Positions 49,834 through 58,913 of a DNA stretch of 64,000 nucleotides are shown here, one piece after another. Location: positions 1,536,001 through 1,600,000 of the forward strand of contig OZ271918.1 of NCBI GenBank assembly GCA_965602015.1, given 5' to 3'. The position numbers and the translations under genes are program-made. Position 1 is the stretch's first letter. Every line of letters starts with the position of its first letter. Source of the DNA: Salinispira sp. (lineage in GTDB: Bacteria > Spirochaetota > Spirochaetia > DSM-27196 > Salinispiraceae). The notes beneath the pieces were generated by a model. It did no database searches, had not been told where the DNA came from, and saw only the letters and a list, made by a program, of their open reading frames with translations.

Positions 49834-50551
49834 CCGCATACAGCAGTTCTTCCCGGCTCATTTTCCCCAAATCCAGGGCTCCGCTTTGAAGCGATTGAAT
49901 AATACGCTTTTTTCTCCGGGCCGGCACATCGATACACGCTGAAAGCTGGCTCAGCTCAGTTCGAAATTCGTCATTTTTAATCAGTTCTTTTAGTTTGTCT
50001 TGCAGCTCATCGGCAGACTGCCGTGTGGAAGACTGTTCCGTTCCGCGGAGCGAAGCATCTATATTCATAAACAGTTGCTCTAGACTGGAGACTGCATCAC
50101 TCGGAGAGAAGCTGATTTTGTCCACCCGTTTTTTTAGCAGGATCTTTTTTTCCAAAGCGGGCTTACTTACCTGCCCCTTGCGCTCAACGATAAAATAGCT
50201 GGCCACAGCAGCTGCGCTGGCTACCAGCAACTCATCGAGAAGCGGAATTGGGTCGCGGATTACAAAGGCGGTGAAGAAAAAACTGACAAAGAACACCCCG
50301 ACGGCCAGGAGGAATCGGGGGAAAAACCGGCGCTCTGCCATCCACTCCCTGACCTCGCGATCAATTTGGGTATACAGAAGGTTTCTTACCATGGCCATGG
50401 CCTCGACCTCCGGATCAATTCCGTATCGGCCCTCGATCTGCTGCTTTTCATCCAGGGAGGATAGCTGTTGCCGTTCATCAAAAGGATGAATTATGACCGG
50501 GAGATTTCTCGAATCACTGATATGGTAGATGTACATTGTTTTGTCATTCAT
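49778..50551 (-). CDS. Hypothetical membrane protein
   Basis: Two TM segments around an IRDPIPLLDE motif; overlaps the ankyrin gene stop. Confidence 0.7.
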   Translation of the reverse strand: MNDKTMYIYHISDSRNLPVIIHPFDERQQLSSLDEKQQIEGRYGIDPEVEAMAMVRNLLYTQIDREVREWMAERRFFPRFLLAVGVFFVSFFFTAFVIRDPIPLLDELLVASAAAVASYFIVERKGQVSKPALEKKILLKKRVDKISFSPSDAVSSLEQLFMNIDASLRGTEQSSTRQSADELQDKLKELIKNDEFRTELSQLSACIDVPARRKKRIIQSLQSGALDLGKMSREELLYAVTESQLRGIRLGDFARIP

Positions 50552-51461
50552 GTTCGGGAAATAAGGTAACCATTTCGCTCTTGTTAAACAAGCGGGCATA
50601 TTTTTCCGCAGTCATTCCCAATTGATCGCTGAGGCTCAGATCGGCGCCGGCTTCAATGATTCTGCGGGCTATCTCAACGTGGCCGTCGCCCACAGCCATC
50701 ATCAGCGCGGTTTGACCGCTTTTGCTCTGCACATCGCAGTTCGCCCCGGCAGCCAGGATAATCGCCGCCATATCCTCCAGACCCTGAGCAGCCGCGTCCA
50801 TAAGCGCCGTATTGCCCCGGTCCTCGCTCACCAGATTGGGATCCGCTCCGGCTTCCAGAAGCCGGGTCGCCATGTGTCCGTGGACGTTGCGCACCGCATG
50901 GTTCAGCAGGGGCACCCCTGCTCGGTCGACGGTATCTACGCTGAACCCGATACTGAGGTACAGATCGACAACATCTTCTTCGTCGTCTATCAAGGCCTGC
51001 ACCAATGCTTCGTCGTTTAGCCCGTAGCCTCTGCCAATTAATTCTTCCCGTGCCTCGTCGATCAGCCGGTAGGTTTCGTATTCTTCGATGTCTTCCTGGA
51101 GACTGCTCAGAAGTGAGTGGTCGGTGGTAAATCGGCGAACCGGGTTGAGATAGCCCGGCAAGTCCGCCGCATCATCGGAGTAGAAATACATGGTACAGTC
51201 AGCGCCGGCGGCAAATCCCGTTATAAAGGCGAGCCATCGGGACTTGCGCGTGTGCTCGTCCAGGATCATCACCACATGACTATAGCGCCCCAATTGAAAG
51301 CTCAGCTCCGTGCCGTCCAGGTCTTCCCAATTGCTGCCTATTTCAAGTCCCTGAATTTGCTCTACGCCTTTGGCCAAAAACTGAAGCAGGCGGTTTCCGT
51401 CCACCGAGGAACTGGAAAGAAATACCACTCCGACTCTGACATCATCCGGCCTTTCGATCAC
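50544..51461 (-). CDS. Ankyrin repeat protein with TIR-like N-terminal domain
   Basis: Ankyrin repeats GVPLLNHA, GNTALMDAA, GQTALMMAV and GMTA; alpha/beta N-domain with a SRWLAFITGFAAG motif. Confidence 0.8.
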   Translation of the reverse strand: MIERPDDVRVGVVFLSSSSVDGNRLLQFLAKGVEQIQGLEIGSNWEDLDGTELSFQLGRYSHVVMILDEHTRKSRWLAFITGFAAGADCTMYFYSDDAADLPGYLNPVRRFTTDHSLLSSLQEDIEEYETYRLIDEAREELIGRGYGLNDEALVQALIDDEEDVVDLYLSIGFSVDTVDRAGVPLLNHAVRNVHGHMATRLLEAGADPNLVSEDRGNTALMDAAAQGLEDMAAIILAAGANCDVQSKSGQTALMMAVGDGHVEIARRIIEAGADLSLSDQLGMTAEKYARLFNKSEMVTLFPEHE

Positions 51462-54400
51462 CCTTACTCCCCCTCGCAGGTACAGTATAAAACATATCAG
51501 ATAAATACCTGCTCTTCGAATATCGGCGACTCAGGGGAAAAAGATTAATGCAGTGAATGCTGAATGCTCCCAGTTCCTGACAGACAATTCCCTGAACGAT
51601 AAAGGCCGATGAGCTGTCCAGCACGGCGATCAGGCGCTGATAGGCTTCTGGAAAGAATACGGTCTCAAACAGGGCGAACTCGTCTTCAAAACTGATAAAC
51701 GACATGGGCTGTTTTTCCCGGGTATACACCTCTTTACCGCTGACCATATAGCCCGGGATGTAAACCGACGAATCCAGATAATCGGGAATTGATCGGGAAT
51801 CGATAACCGGCGAGAGGTTTTCCCGCTCGGCGAGTTGACGAATCCGGTTCCGGAAGATACTCAGAGGGTGGAGGGTTATAAAGAGGCCGAGGAATTCCGC
51901 CTCGTCCTGCAGTTTCCGCGCGACAGAGTAATCGGCAATGTCCGGCGGCGCAGGCAGGGTTTCAAAAAGGGACGGCGCAGTGAACGCTGCTGATTGATCA
52001 CCTTCCCTGCGCAGAGAACCCAGAATCCAAAACATCGCCGGCCGGGAGATAAACGGATCACAGCTGTCCAAGGCTCCCGAACGGATGAGGGCCCTCATCT
52101 GAAGAATATCCGGACGGATGCGTTGAAAGAAATCGCTGAAGCTGTTAAATGGTCCTTTCCGTTTGCGGTCTTCGACTATCCGCTGCATGGTAGCCGCCGA
52201 AAGGCCGCTGATTTGAGACAGGCCGGCCAACAGCGGCCGGTCCGGCAGCCGATAATCAACGGCGTAGGCAATTTCGCCCCGATTCACATCGGGCAAGAGA
52301 ACGCGGTGCCCCAGGCGCCGGGCGGCGTTTACATAGGTCTGCCGGGAGTAATAACCGCCCCCGTTGTTGATCACCGCGGTGTAAAACTCAAGGGGATAAT
52401 GGCGCTTGATCCATGCCAGTTTGTAGGAAACCAGTGCATAGGACGCCGAGTGGGGCTTGCAAAACGAGTATCCCTCGAAAGATCTGACCATGTCCCACAG
52501 GTTTTCCAGGGCGTCCGGACTGCTGCCCCGTTGCAGTCCGCCTTGAATAAAACGGCGCCGCCAGGATTCGAGGCTCAGGTCCCGATCTTTTCGGCTGAGA
52601 ACCTTGCGAAGCTTGTCGGCCTCCGCAGGGGAAAATCCGCTGACCGCGATGGCCACCCGGGACACATCTTCCTGATACACCATGATTCCCAGGGTTTCCT
52701 GAAGCACCGATTCCGCCCGGGGATCCACCGCCTGCCAGGGCTGACCGTGCAAGCGACGCACATACTCGTTAATGTAACGGTTTGCCGCAGGGCGGATGAT
52801 TGAACTGGCTATTACGAGACGGGGATAATCTCCGGTGCGCATCTTTTGGAGCAGCTGCCTGGTCGCCGGGCTCTCGACGTAAAACACTCCAAGCGTATCG
52901 CCGGATTCTATGAAGCGGCGGGTATCCTCATCTTCGAGGGGGCTGAGCTTCTCCCAGCTCAAGCCGCCACCGTGATGCCGATTTATCATGTCGATGCAAT
53001 CTCTCAGGACTCCCAGGCTCCGGTTGCCCAGAATATCGATTTTTACCAGCCCGGCGTCTTCGGTGGCGTCTTTCTCCCAGGCAATAACCGGCCAGCCCAG
53101 GGGAGAAATCTGACTGTGGCTCCAGTCGCTCAAGGGGCCCGGCGTGATGACCACTCCGCCGGGATGGGTGCCCAGAAAACGCGGAATCCCGCGTATAGCC
53201 GAGGCCTCTCTGCGCAGCCAGGCCGGGAGCCGGTCGCCCTGCCCCAATTTCCACAATCTGATAAAGCGGGATATCTCCTCATCGGGGATACCCATGGCCT
53301 TGGCGGGCTCCCGAATGGCAGACCGGGGACCAAAGGTCACGTGGTCGGCAACCATCGCCGAACGGCCGGGATAGCGCTCAAAAACGTACTCAAGGGTTTT
53401 CGCCCTCTCGTCCCAGGGAAAGTCGACGTCGATATCCGGAGGATCCCGACGGCCCATATTGAGAAAGCGCTCGAAAAAAAGGTTGTACTTGAGCGGATCG
53501 ACATGGGTGATTCCCAGGCAATAGCTGACGATGCTGGCCGCCGAAGAACCCCGGCCGCAGGTTCGGGGGGTCCGGGAGACGATGTCGTGAACAACCAGGA
53601 AATAGCTGGAGAACCCCTTGGCCCGGATTATGTCGAGCTCATAATCCAGGCGCCGGCGGATGTCGGGTCTCATTGCGCCGAATCTCCGCAACACGCCTTC
53701 CCGGCACAGGGCCGTTAAACGGGAAAAAGCCTGATCATCGCTCAGTCCTTCGAAGCGGGGAAACACATAGGTATCCGGTCGCAGAAAACTGCCGTCCAGG
53801 CGACGGAGAAGTGTTCGGGCGCTTTCCCGGGCCTCGATCTCCCCGCCAAACTGGGCCGTGATCTCCCCGGCGGCGGGAATGCGCAGCTCGTCGCCGCAGC
53901 GCTGGGAATCCTTCAATGAATCGACACGGACGCAGAGGTCGATGGCAGTAAGCAAATCGATTCGATTTCGCTCCTCATCGCTTCGCCAGCTGCCCCAGAC
54001 CGCCGCTGCCGTTTTTAATCCGAACTTTGCCGCCAGAACCCGGGCCTGCCTTCGCGGCCGCCCGGCATACATGCCGATGTAGACATGCCGGCTTCGGTAC
54101 GCGGCGGAAACGATGGGGCCCTGGAACTCCGACGGCATTTTCCCCTCGTTGCAAAGGCTCGGGTGATGGTCGGCCGTATCCCGCCGTCGGGCATCGAATG
54201 CGGCCCGGTCAGGCAGGGCTGTGTCGCCGCCCTGCCGGGCACTGCTGTTCCCGACGGGCCGCCGGGCTGCGCTTTGAGACACCGCGGCCTTGCGGCTTTC
54301 CGCTGAGGGCTCGGTGGCCTTGCGGCTTTCCGCTGAGGGCTCGGCGGCCTTGCGGCTTTCCCTTTGGCCGACATCAGGATTGAAATCCTCGGTCCGCCGG

Positions 54401-55248
54401 GCTGCGAGGCCGTCAAGCCGTCTAAGCAGCCCATCCAGAGCTCCGTCTTCGAGCAACTCGGAGGAATCGCCGGGGAGGATGAAATACAGCTCCGCAAGCT
54501 CTTCGACTGTGGGATCGCAGTCCAGCATTCGATGCAGATTATCAAGGAGACCAACGGGCGGCGATGTGCCGGGCTGCGGTTCGTCGGCAGGCCGACCGTT
54601 GCGGATCTCGCCGGCGGGCAGACGTGTGCCGGGGGGCGATCCGTCGGGCCCTGTTCCGGCGTCAGACTGGGCGTCGGCAGCCGGTTGAGCGCGCGCCGCA
54701 GGCCGATATGGGCATGCCCGGCCGACGGAGACTCCGGAAGCAGGTTCAGCACCCGTCACCTCGGCTGCGGCTGCGGCGTTAGCTGCGGCTTCGTCTCTGG
54801 CTCCGGCTCCGGCATTGGCAGCCTGTTGAGCGTGCGCCGCAGGCTTGGCGTTAGCAGCCGGTTGAGCGCCGCTATCCTTTTGCCAAGGGTTTGTCATTGA
54901 ACTTCCGGTGCCTCGGCGGTCTTTTTTCTTTTCATCCCTATCCAGGGCGGTAACGAGACGGTTAAGCAAGGCAAATCCTCGGCGGCCGGAGGCCAGCACG
55001 GCCAGGGGAATCTCCGGATCCGTTGAGATATCCATGCCGGCTACGGGTTTTATTCCCTTTCGTATGCAGGCATTTACAAAGCGGATTACTCCATAAAAAT
55101 TGAGCCTATCGAGAATCACTACAGACGGCGGGCTCACCGAATTGGGCGAATCAAATACTCCGGCGAGCTCCTGGGCCGCCGCTGCCGCATCCTCGGGACT
55201 GATGCAGCCCCGAAGAAGGGTGAAGTATGTGCGAATCATTACTAACAT
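51442..55248 (-). CDS. dnaE2: DNA polymerase III alpha subunit, probably error-prone DnaE2 type
   Basis: Degenerate PHP domain, YFLVVHDIV, GRGSSAAS, FERFLN..R..PPDIDVDF, HPGGVVI, KIDILG, YSFCKPHSASYA and a C-terminal OB fold. Confidence 0.85.
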   Translation of the reverse strand: MLVMIRTYFTLLRGCISPEDAAAAAQELAGVFDSPNSVSPPSVVILDRLNFYGVIRFVNACIRKGIKPVAGMDISTDPEIPLAVLASGRRGFALLNRLVTALDRDEKKKDRRGTGSSMTNPWQKDSGAQPAANAKPAAHAQQAANAGAGARDEAAANAAAAAEVTGAEPASGVSVGRACPYRPAARAQPAADAQSDAGTGPDGSPPGTRLPAGEIRNGRPADEPQPGTSPPVGLLDNLHRMLDCDPTVEELAELYFILPGDSSELLEDGALDGLLRRLDGLAARRTEDFNPDVGQRESRKAAEPSAESRKATEPSAESRKAAVSQSAARRPVGNSSARQGGDTALPDRAAFDARRRDTADHHPSLCNEGKMPSEFQGPIVSAAYRSRHVYIGMYAGRPRRQARVLAAKFGLKTAAAVWGSWRSDEERNRIDLLTAIDLCVRVDSLKDSQRCGDELRIPAAGEITAQFGGEIEARESARTLLRRLDGSFLRPDTYVFPRFEGLSDDQAFSRLTALCREGVLRRFGAMRPDIRRRLDYELDIIRAKGFSSYFLVVHDIVSRTPRTCGRGSSAASIVSYCLGITHVDPLKYNLFFERFLNMGRRDPPDIDVDFPWDERAKTLEYVFERYPGRSAMVADHVTFGPRSAIREPAKAMGIPDEEISRFIRLWKLGQGDRLPAWLRREASAIRGIPRFLGTHPGGVVITPGPLSDWSHSQISPLGWPVIAWEKDATEDAGLVKIDILGNRSLGVLRDCIDMINRHHGGGLSWEKLSPLEDEDTRRFIESGDTLGVFYVESPATRQLLQKMRTGDYPRLVIASSIIRPAANRYINEYVRRLHGQPWQAVDPRAESVLQETLGIMVYQEDVSRVAIAVSGFSPAEADKLRKVLSRKDRDLSLESWRRRFIQGGLQRGSSPDALENLWDMVRSFEGYSFCKPHSASYALVSYKLAWIKRHYPLEFYTAVINNGGGYYSRQTYVNAARRLGHRVLLPDVNRGEIAYAVDYRLPDRPLLAGLSQISGLSAATMQRIVEDRKRKGPFNSFSDFFQRIRPDILQMRALIRSGALDSCDPFISRPAMFWILGSLRREGDQSAAFTAPSLFETLPAPPDIADYSVARKLQDEAEFLGLFITLHPLSIFRNRIRQLAERENLSPVIDSRSIPDYLDSSVYIPGYMVSGKEVYTREKQPMSFISFEDEFALFETVFFPEAYQRLIAVLDSSSAFIVQGIVCQELGAFSIHCINLFPLSRRYSKSRYLSDMFYTVPARGSKGDRKAG
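54286..54361. repeat. 30-bp tandem repeat (about 2.5 copies) inside dnaE2
   Basis: Units of GGCCTTGCGGCTTTCCGCTGAGGGCTCGGY at 54286, 54316 and 54346 (partial), encoding ESRKA(A/T)EPSA. Confidence 0.95.
54677..54869. repeat. Dispersed about 27-bp repeats inside dnaE2
   Basis: GCAGCC(G/T)GTTGAGCG(C/T)GCGCCGCAGGC at 54677 and 54818, with a partial copy at 54854; encodes AQPAA-type units. Confidence 0.8.
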
Positions 55249-55249
55249 A

Positions 55250-55265
55250 TCAACATATGTTTAGT
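55250..55265. promoter_or_regulatory. LexA-box-like palindrome upstream of dnaE2
   Basis: CAAC-ATAT-GTTT with a perfect AACATATGTT core, immediately upstream of the start codon. Confidence 0.5.
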
Positions 55266-55369
55266 ATTAATTGCTTCACAGCGCAATACCTGACTTGCCA
55301 AGATTCAGAAGCTGGGTTACTTTTTTCTTATCTTGTTGGATTCTTCAACGGCGAAGCCATGGAGGTACC

Positions 55370-56161
55370 GTGACACCCCTCAAAATCCCTTCCGACAGCC
55401 GGGTAATGGATTGCTCTTCTCCTTTGTATTCCGAGGGGGATCCGGAAAAAGCCGGAGTGCTGCTGGTGCACGGCTTCAGCGGCAGCCCCCACGATATGGT
55501 CTATCTGTACGAAAGACTGGTAAACCAGGGCCATACCGTGTCGGTGCCGCGGCTTCCGGGCCACGGAACCAACGCGGAAGATTTCAAAAACAGCGGATGG
55601 AAGGACTGGTACCGCGGTGCCGCCGATGCGTTTCTCGAGCTTCGCTCACGCTGTTCGAGGGTGTACATCGCAGGCCTGTCCATGGGAGGGGCTATCACTG
55701 CCATGCTCGCCGCACAGTTCGGCGTGGAAAAGATTGCCTTGGCTGCTCCTGCTTTTACATTCACTCCCGGTTCAGGAGCATCATATCTATGGATCACTCC
55801 GGTGTTTTCCTGGGCTATCGGATCGTCGCGGACTGGGTCGGTAGATGTAAAAGAGTATACTGGCGACCGTCTCCTTCTCGAAAAGGAATACAAGGGCTGG
55901 AACTGGTACCGCCAGGGCAGCGAACTTATCCGATTGAGACGCCGGGCAATTGCAGCGCTGAAACGGATTCAGTCTGATAGCCTGATAATCGTCTCAAAAA
56001 GCGACAAGACCGTCTCATACCGTTGCGCAGATTACCTGCGAAAACGCCTGGTATCTGCCGGATCGGTGGAAATCATGATGCTGGAAAAAAGCGGTCATGT
56101 TGTGGTGGACGACGTAGACCGGCAAGATGTTGCCGATCGGATAATCAACTGGTTTTCATAA
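55370..56161 (+). CDS. Alpha/beta hydrolase (carboxylesterase/monoacylglycerol lipase-like)
   Basis: HGFSG, LPGHG, GLSMGG nucleophile elbow, D..V and SGH; GGAGG SD before GTG 55370. Confidence 0.9.
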   Translation: MTPLKIPSDSRVMDCSSPLYSEGDPEKAGVLLVHGFSGSPHDMVYLYERLVNQGHTVSVPRLPGHGTNAEDFKNSGWKDWYRGAADAFLELRSRCSRVYIAGLSMGGAITAMLAAQFGVEKIALAAPAFTFTPGSGASYLWITPVFSWAIGSSRTGSVDVKEYTGDRLLLEKEYKGWNWYRQGSELIRLRRRAIAALKRIQSDSLIIVSKSDKTVSYRCADYLRKRLVSAGSVEIMMLEKSGHVVVDDVDRQDVADRIINWFS

Positions 56162-56189
56162 ACAGAAAAAACTATTTACAGGACTGTCA

Positions 56190-56966
56190 ATGTTCGGATT
56201 CATGCTAAAAAAAGCGTTCTTTGATTACTGGGACAATTTCTTTCACTTTGCCATTCTTAATATTGTAATCGTATTTTCCCTGGCTATCCCGACAATTCTT
56301 CCGGGACTCATCCTCGATTTCAGCCCCCTGGTATCCCTTGTTGTGCTCATCATAGGACTTCTCTGGTTGGGAGTATTGGCTTCGGCGGTATCCCTCTACG
56401 TCAATGAAATTGCCCACTATCGGGGAGTTGAGGTCAGGCAGTTTTTTGCGTTTATAAAAAGCGGTGCAAAATCCGGACTTCTCTGGGCTTCAATCTGGAT
56501 CACCGTAGTCCTGCTTGTATGGTTCACCTTTCCCTTTTACTCTGCCATGGATAATCTCGGGGGTCTGGCTGCACTGGCGTTTTTATTTTGGACGCTGGTG
56601 ATATTCGTTCTCGCAATGCAGTATTATTTCCCCATCCGCGCCCAGCTCCACAGCGAATCGGGAAAATCCCTGCGCAAAATGTTCATTGTGTTTTTTGATA
56701 ACGCACTGTTCAGCATCGGTCTGTTCTTTATTTCGGCGATAGTGCTTTTGGTTTCCGGCGTCACAGCCTTTGTGCTATTCGGGCCCGCGGGAGTAATTCT
56801 GCTGGGGCAGGTGGCGTTTAAACTCCGACTGTATAAGTACGACTACCTTGAAGAGAATCCCGCATCCAGAGGCAGAAAAATACCCTGGTCTGCCTTGGTA
56901 CACGAGGACCGGCAGCGAATCGGGAAGCGGTCACTCAAGGGAATGGTCTTTCCCTGGAAGGGATAG
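56190..56966 (+). CDS. Hypothetical integral membrane protein (YesL/DUF624-like)
   Basis: About 5-6 TM segments; AGGA SD. Confidence 0.7.
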   Translation: MFGFMLKKAFFDYWDNFFHFAILNIVIVFSLAIPTILPGLILDFSPLVSLVVLIIGLLWLGVLASAVSLYVNEIAHYRGVEVRQFFAFIKSGAKSGLLWASIWITVVLLVWFTFPFYSAMDNLGGLAALAFLFWTLVIFVLAMQYYFPIRAQLHSESGKSLRKMFIVFFDNALFSIGLFFISAIVLLVSGVTAFVLFGPAGVILLGQVAFKLRLYKYDYLEENPASRGRKIPWSALVHEDRQRIGKRSLKGMVFPWKG

Positions 56967-56991
56967 GTCGGGGGACGAGATTTTCCCGACC
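56966..56991. terminator. Hairpin between convergent genes
   Basis: GGTCGGG...CCCGACC inverted repeat. Confidence 0.45.
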
Positions 56992-57008
56992 CCCGGTAAA
57001 TAATACTG

Positions 57009-57746
57009 TTACGAAGCCGCAGGGGCCTGGTCTTCGTCTTTCAAGATAATCTCCAGTTCCCTCACCTTCTGATTTTTTTTCATCCAGGCAGCCAGGTAAA
57101 TGAACGGGGTATCGGCCAGGGCTACCACGAACTTCAGCACATAGGTTGATGCGAACAGAACGAGAAATTCTTCCCAGGGAAACACACCAAATGCCGTGGC
57201 AATCAGGGTAAATATAAGACTGTCCAGCAGCTGACTGACCAGGGTGCTGATGTTGTTTCTCAGCCAGATAAAACGGGTATCCGGACGGAACTTCTTCCAA
57301 ATATTATAAGACCAGATATCGTGGAGCTGACTTATTCCGAAAGCAGTAAGGCTCGCCACAACCAGCGCCGGAAAAAATCCGAAGATAGCGGCAATATGGC
57401 TTTGAGAAGAATCGAATGAATTCGGCGCAAACATCAATGCGAGGTTCATCAAAAGGGTAACGACTATCAGTGAAAAGAAACCGAAAAAAACCGCATTTCG
57501 AGCGCTTTTTTTCCCGTAATTCTCGCTGAGAATATCGGTGACCAGAAAACTGGTGGCATACACAATGTTACCCAGTGTGGCGGCCACCCCAAAGAGGTCG
57601 ACGGTCTTGATAACCTGGACATTGGCAACGATTGCAGCGATGGGTATCCAAATATACAGTCCGGTCCTCCCGAAGAAACGGTACATCAGAATAATCGCAA
57701 CAAAGTTAAAAAGAAGCATGATAATCCACAGCAATTCATTAGACAT
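57009..57746 (-). CDS. Queuosine precursor transporter (YhhQ/VUT family)
   Basis: ANVQVIK, TLGN..YA..FL.TDILSENYG, WLRNNISTLVSQLLD and DTPFIY; GAGGTG SD before ATG 57746. Confidence 0.9.
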   Translation of the reverse strand: MSNELLWIIMLLFNFVAIILMYRFFGRTGLYIWIPIAAIVANVQVIKTVDLFGVAATLGNIVYATSFLVTDILSENYGKKSARNAVFFGFFSLIVVTLLMNLALMFAPNSFDSSQSHIAAIFGFFPALVVASLTAFGISQLHDIWSYNIWKKFRPDTRFIWLRNNISTLVSQLLDSLIFTLIATAFGVFPWEEFLVLFASTYVLKFVVALADTPFIYLAAWMKKNQKVRELEIILKDEDQAPAAS

Positions 57747-57777
57747 TTGGCACCTCGACTCTCGTTTTTGTCGCTGC

Positions 57778-57806
57778 ACTCTATCAAAAACACGATAGGG
57801 GCTCAA
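57778..57806 (-). promoter_or_regulatory. Putative promoter of the queuosine precursor transporter
   Basis: TTGAGC-N17-TAGAGT with an extended -10 TG. Confidence 0.5.
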
Positions 57807-57898
57807 GGCAAAAATATCATTGCCGCCCATCCGGAGGATTCCCGGGGATTTGACCATCGCTTGACGAGTAAAGTACATGTGAGATTCGTATCCAAATG

Positions 57899-57935
57899 AA
57901 AAAACCCCGCCTCCGGCGGCTGCCGGAGACGGGGT
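57899..57935 (-). terminator. Terminator of the nucleoside ABC operon
   Basis: Minus-strand ACCCCGTCTCCGGC-loop-GCCGGAGGCGGGGT followed by a T-run. Confidence 0.85.
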
Positions 57936-57968
57936 GTCCTGTGAATCGGTCCGTGATCTATGTTGCGG

Positions 57969-58913
57969 TCAGCGCTTGTCCTGTTCGAATGGCTCACCCA
58001 CTGCCTTCGGCGCCTGGGATGATTTGGAAAACAGGACCAGGGCGATAAGGGTCGCCACGTAGGGAAAGACTTTGAGGATTACTTCGGGAATCACCCGCAT
58101 TTCGGGAATCACCTGGCTGACATTCGCCATGGTCGTTGCAAAACCAAAGAACAGGGTCGAACCCAAAATTCCCAACGGTTTCCATTGCCCGAAAATCAAT
58201 GATGCCAGGGCCAAAAATCCCAGTCCTGCAACCGATCCGTTGAACTGCCCTGAATAGGTAACAATGATTATTCCTCCGCCGAGGGCAGCGAAGGCGCCGG
58301 ACAGGCCCACTCCAATGTACCTGGTGAGCGCTACATTGATTCCCGCGGCATCGGCCGCATGGGGGTGCTCGCCGCAGGAGCGCAGACGAAGTCCCTGGGG
58401 CGTATAGTACAGAACATAGTAGGCGATCCCCAGTATGAGGAGAACGACCCAGGTGGTGGCATAGCTGTTTTGGAAAAACATACGGCCGATAATGGGAATC
58501 TCACTCAGAAGAGGAATATCAAAACGAATAAGTCCCTGAATAATCTGAATGTTTCCCGAACCGACGATGCCCCGTGCGAAGAATATCGTCAGGGCTGCGG
58601 CGATGGCGTTTATGGCCGTACCGGAAATAATCTGATTGGCGCTGAGGGTGACCGAAGCAAAGGCGTGGAGCATGGAAAAGGCAATCCCCGCCAACGCGGC
58701 AAAAAACAAACCCAGCCAAATTACCGAGGGTCCCATGGTACCCTGAAGGAGCCGTATGGTAAGGGCGGTGGCGAATGAGCCAATTACCATCAGTCCCTCG
58801 AGCCCGATATTGACCACCCCCGAACGCTCGCTGAACAGTCCGCCCAGGGCGGTGATCAAAAGCGGAATGGTATATGCAATTGCATAGGGAAAAATCTGCA
58901 GAATTACTTCCAT
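57969..58913 (-). CDS. Nucleoside ABC transporter permease
   Basis: SERSGVVNIGLEG, GLRLRSCGEHP and GFLALASLIFGQW. Confidence 0.92.
   Translation of the reverse strand: MEVILQIFPYAIAYTIPLLITALGGLFSERSGVVNIGLEGLMVIGSFATALTIRLLQGTMGPSVIWLGLFFAALAGIAFSMLHAFASVTLSANQIISGTAINAIAAALTIFFARGIVGSGNIQIIQGLIRFDIPLLSEIPIIGRMFFQNSYATTWVVLLILGIAYYVLYYTPQGLRLRSCGEHPHAADAAGINVALTRYIGVGLSGAFAALGGGIIIVTYSGQFNGSVAGLGFLALASLIFGQWKPLGILGSTLFFGFATTMANVSQVIPEMRVIPEVILKVFPYVATLIALVLFSKSSQAPKAVGEPFEQDKR

Noticed and set aside
54286..54361. CRISPR-like repeat
   Set aside because: The units are directly tandem with near-identical intervening sequence, in frame within a CDS, and no cas genes are present.
51994..54900. 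Several long alternative-frame and antisense ORFs within dnaE2
   Set aside because: Explained by stop-codon scarcity in very GC-rich sequence; low-complexity translations.
54106..54936. Intein or intron in dnaE2
   Set aside because: No intein C/S...HN termini, LAGLIDADG motif or recognisable intron ends; the frame is open and the inserts are low complexity.
57747..57878. N-terminal extension of the queuosine precursor transporter
   Set aside because: The family-like sequence starts at MSNELLW, which has a good SD.
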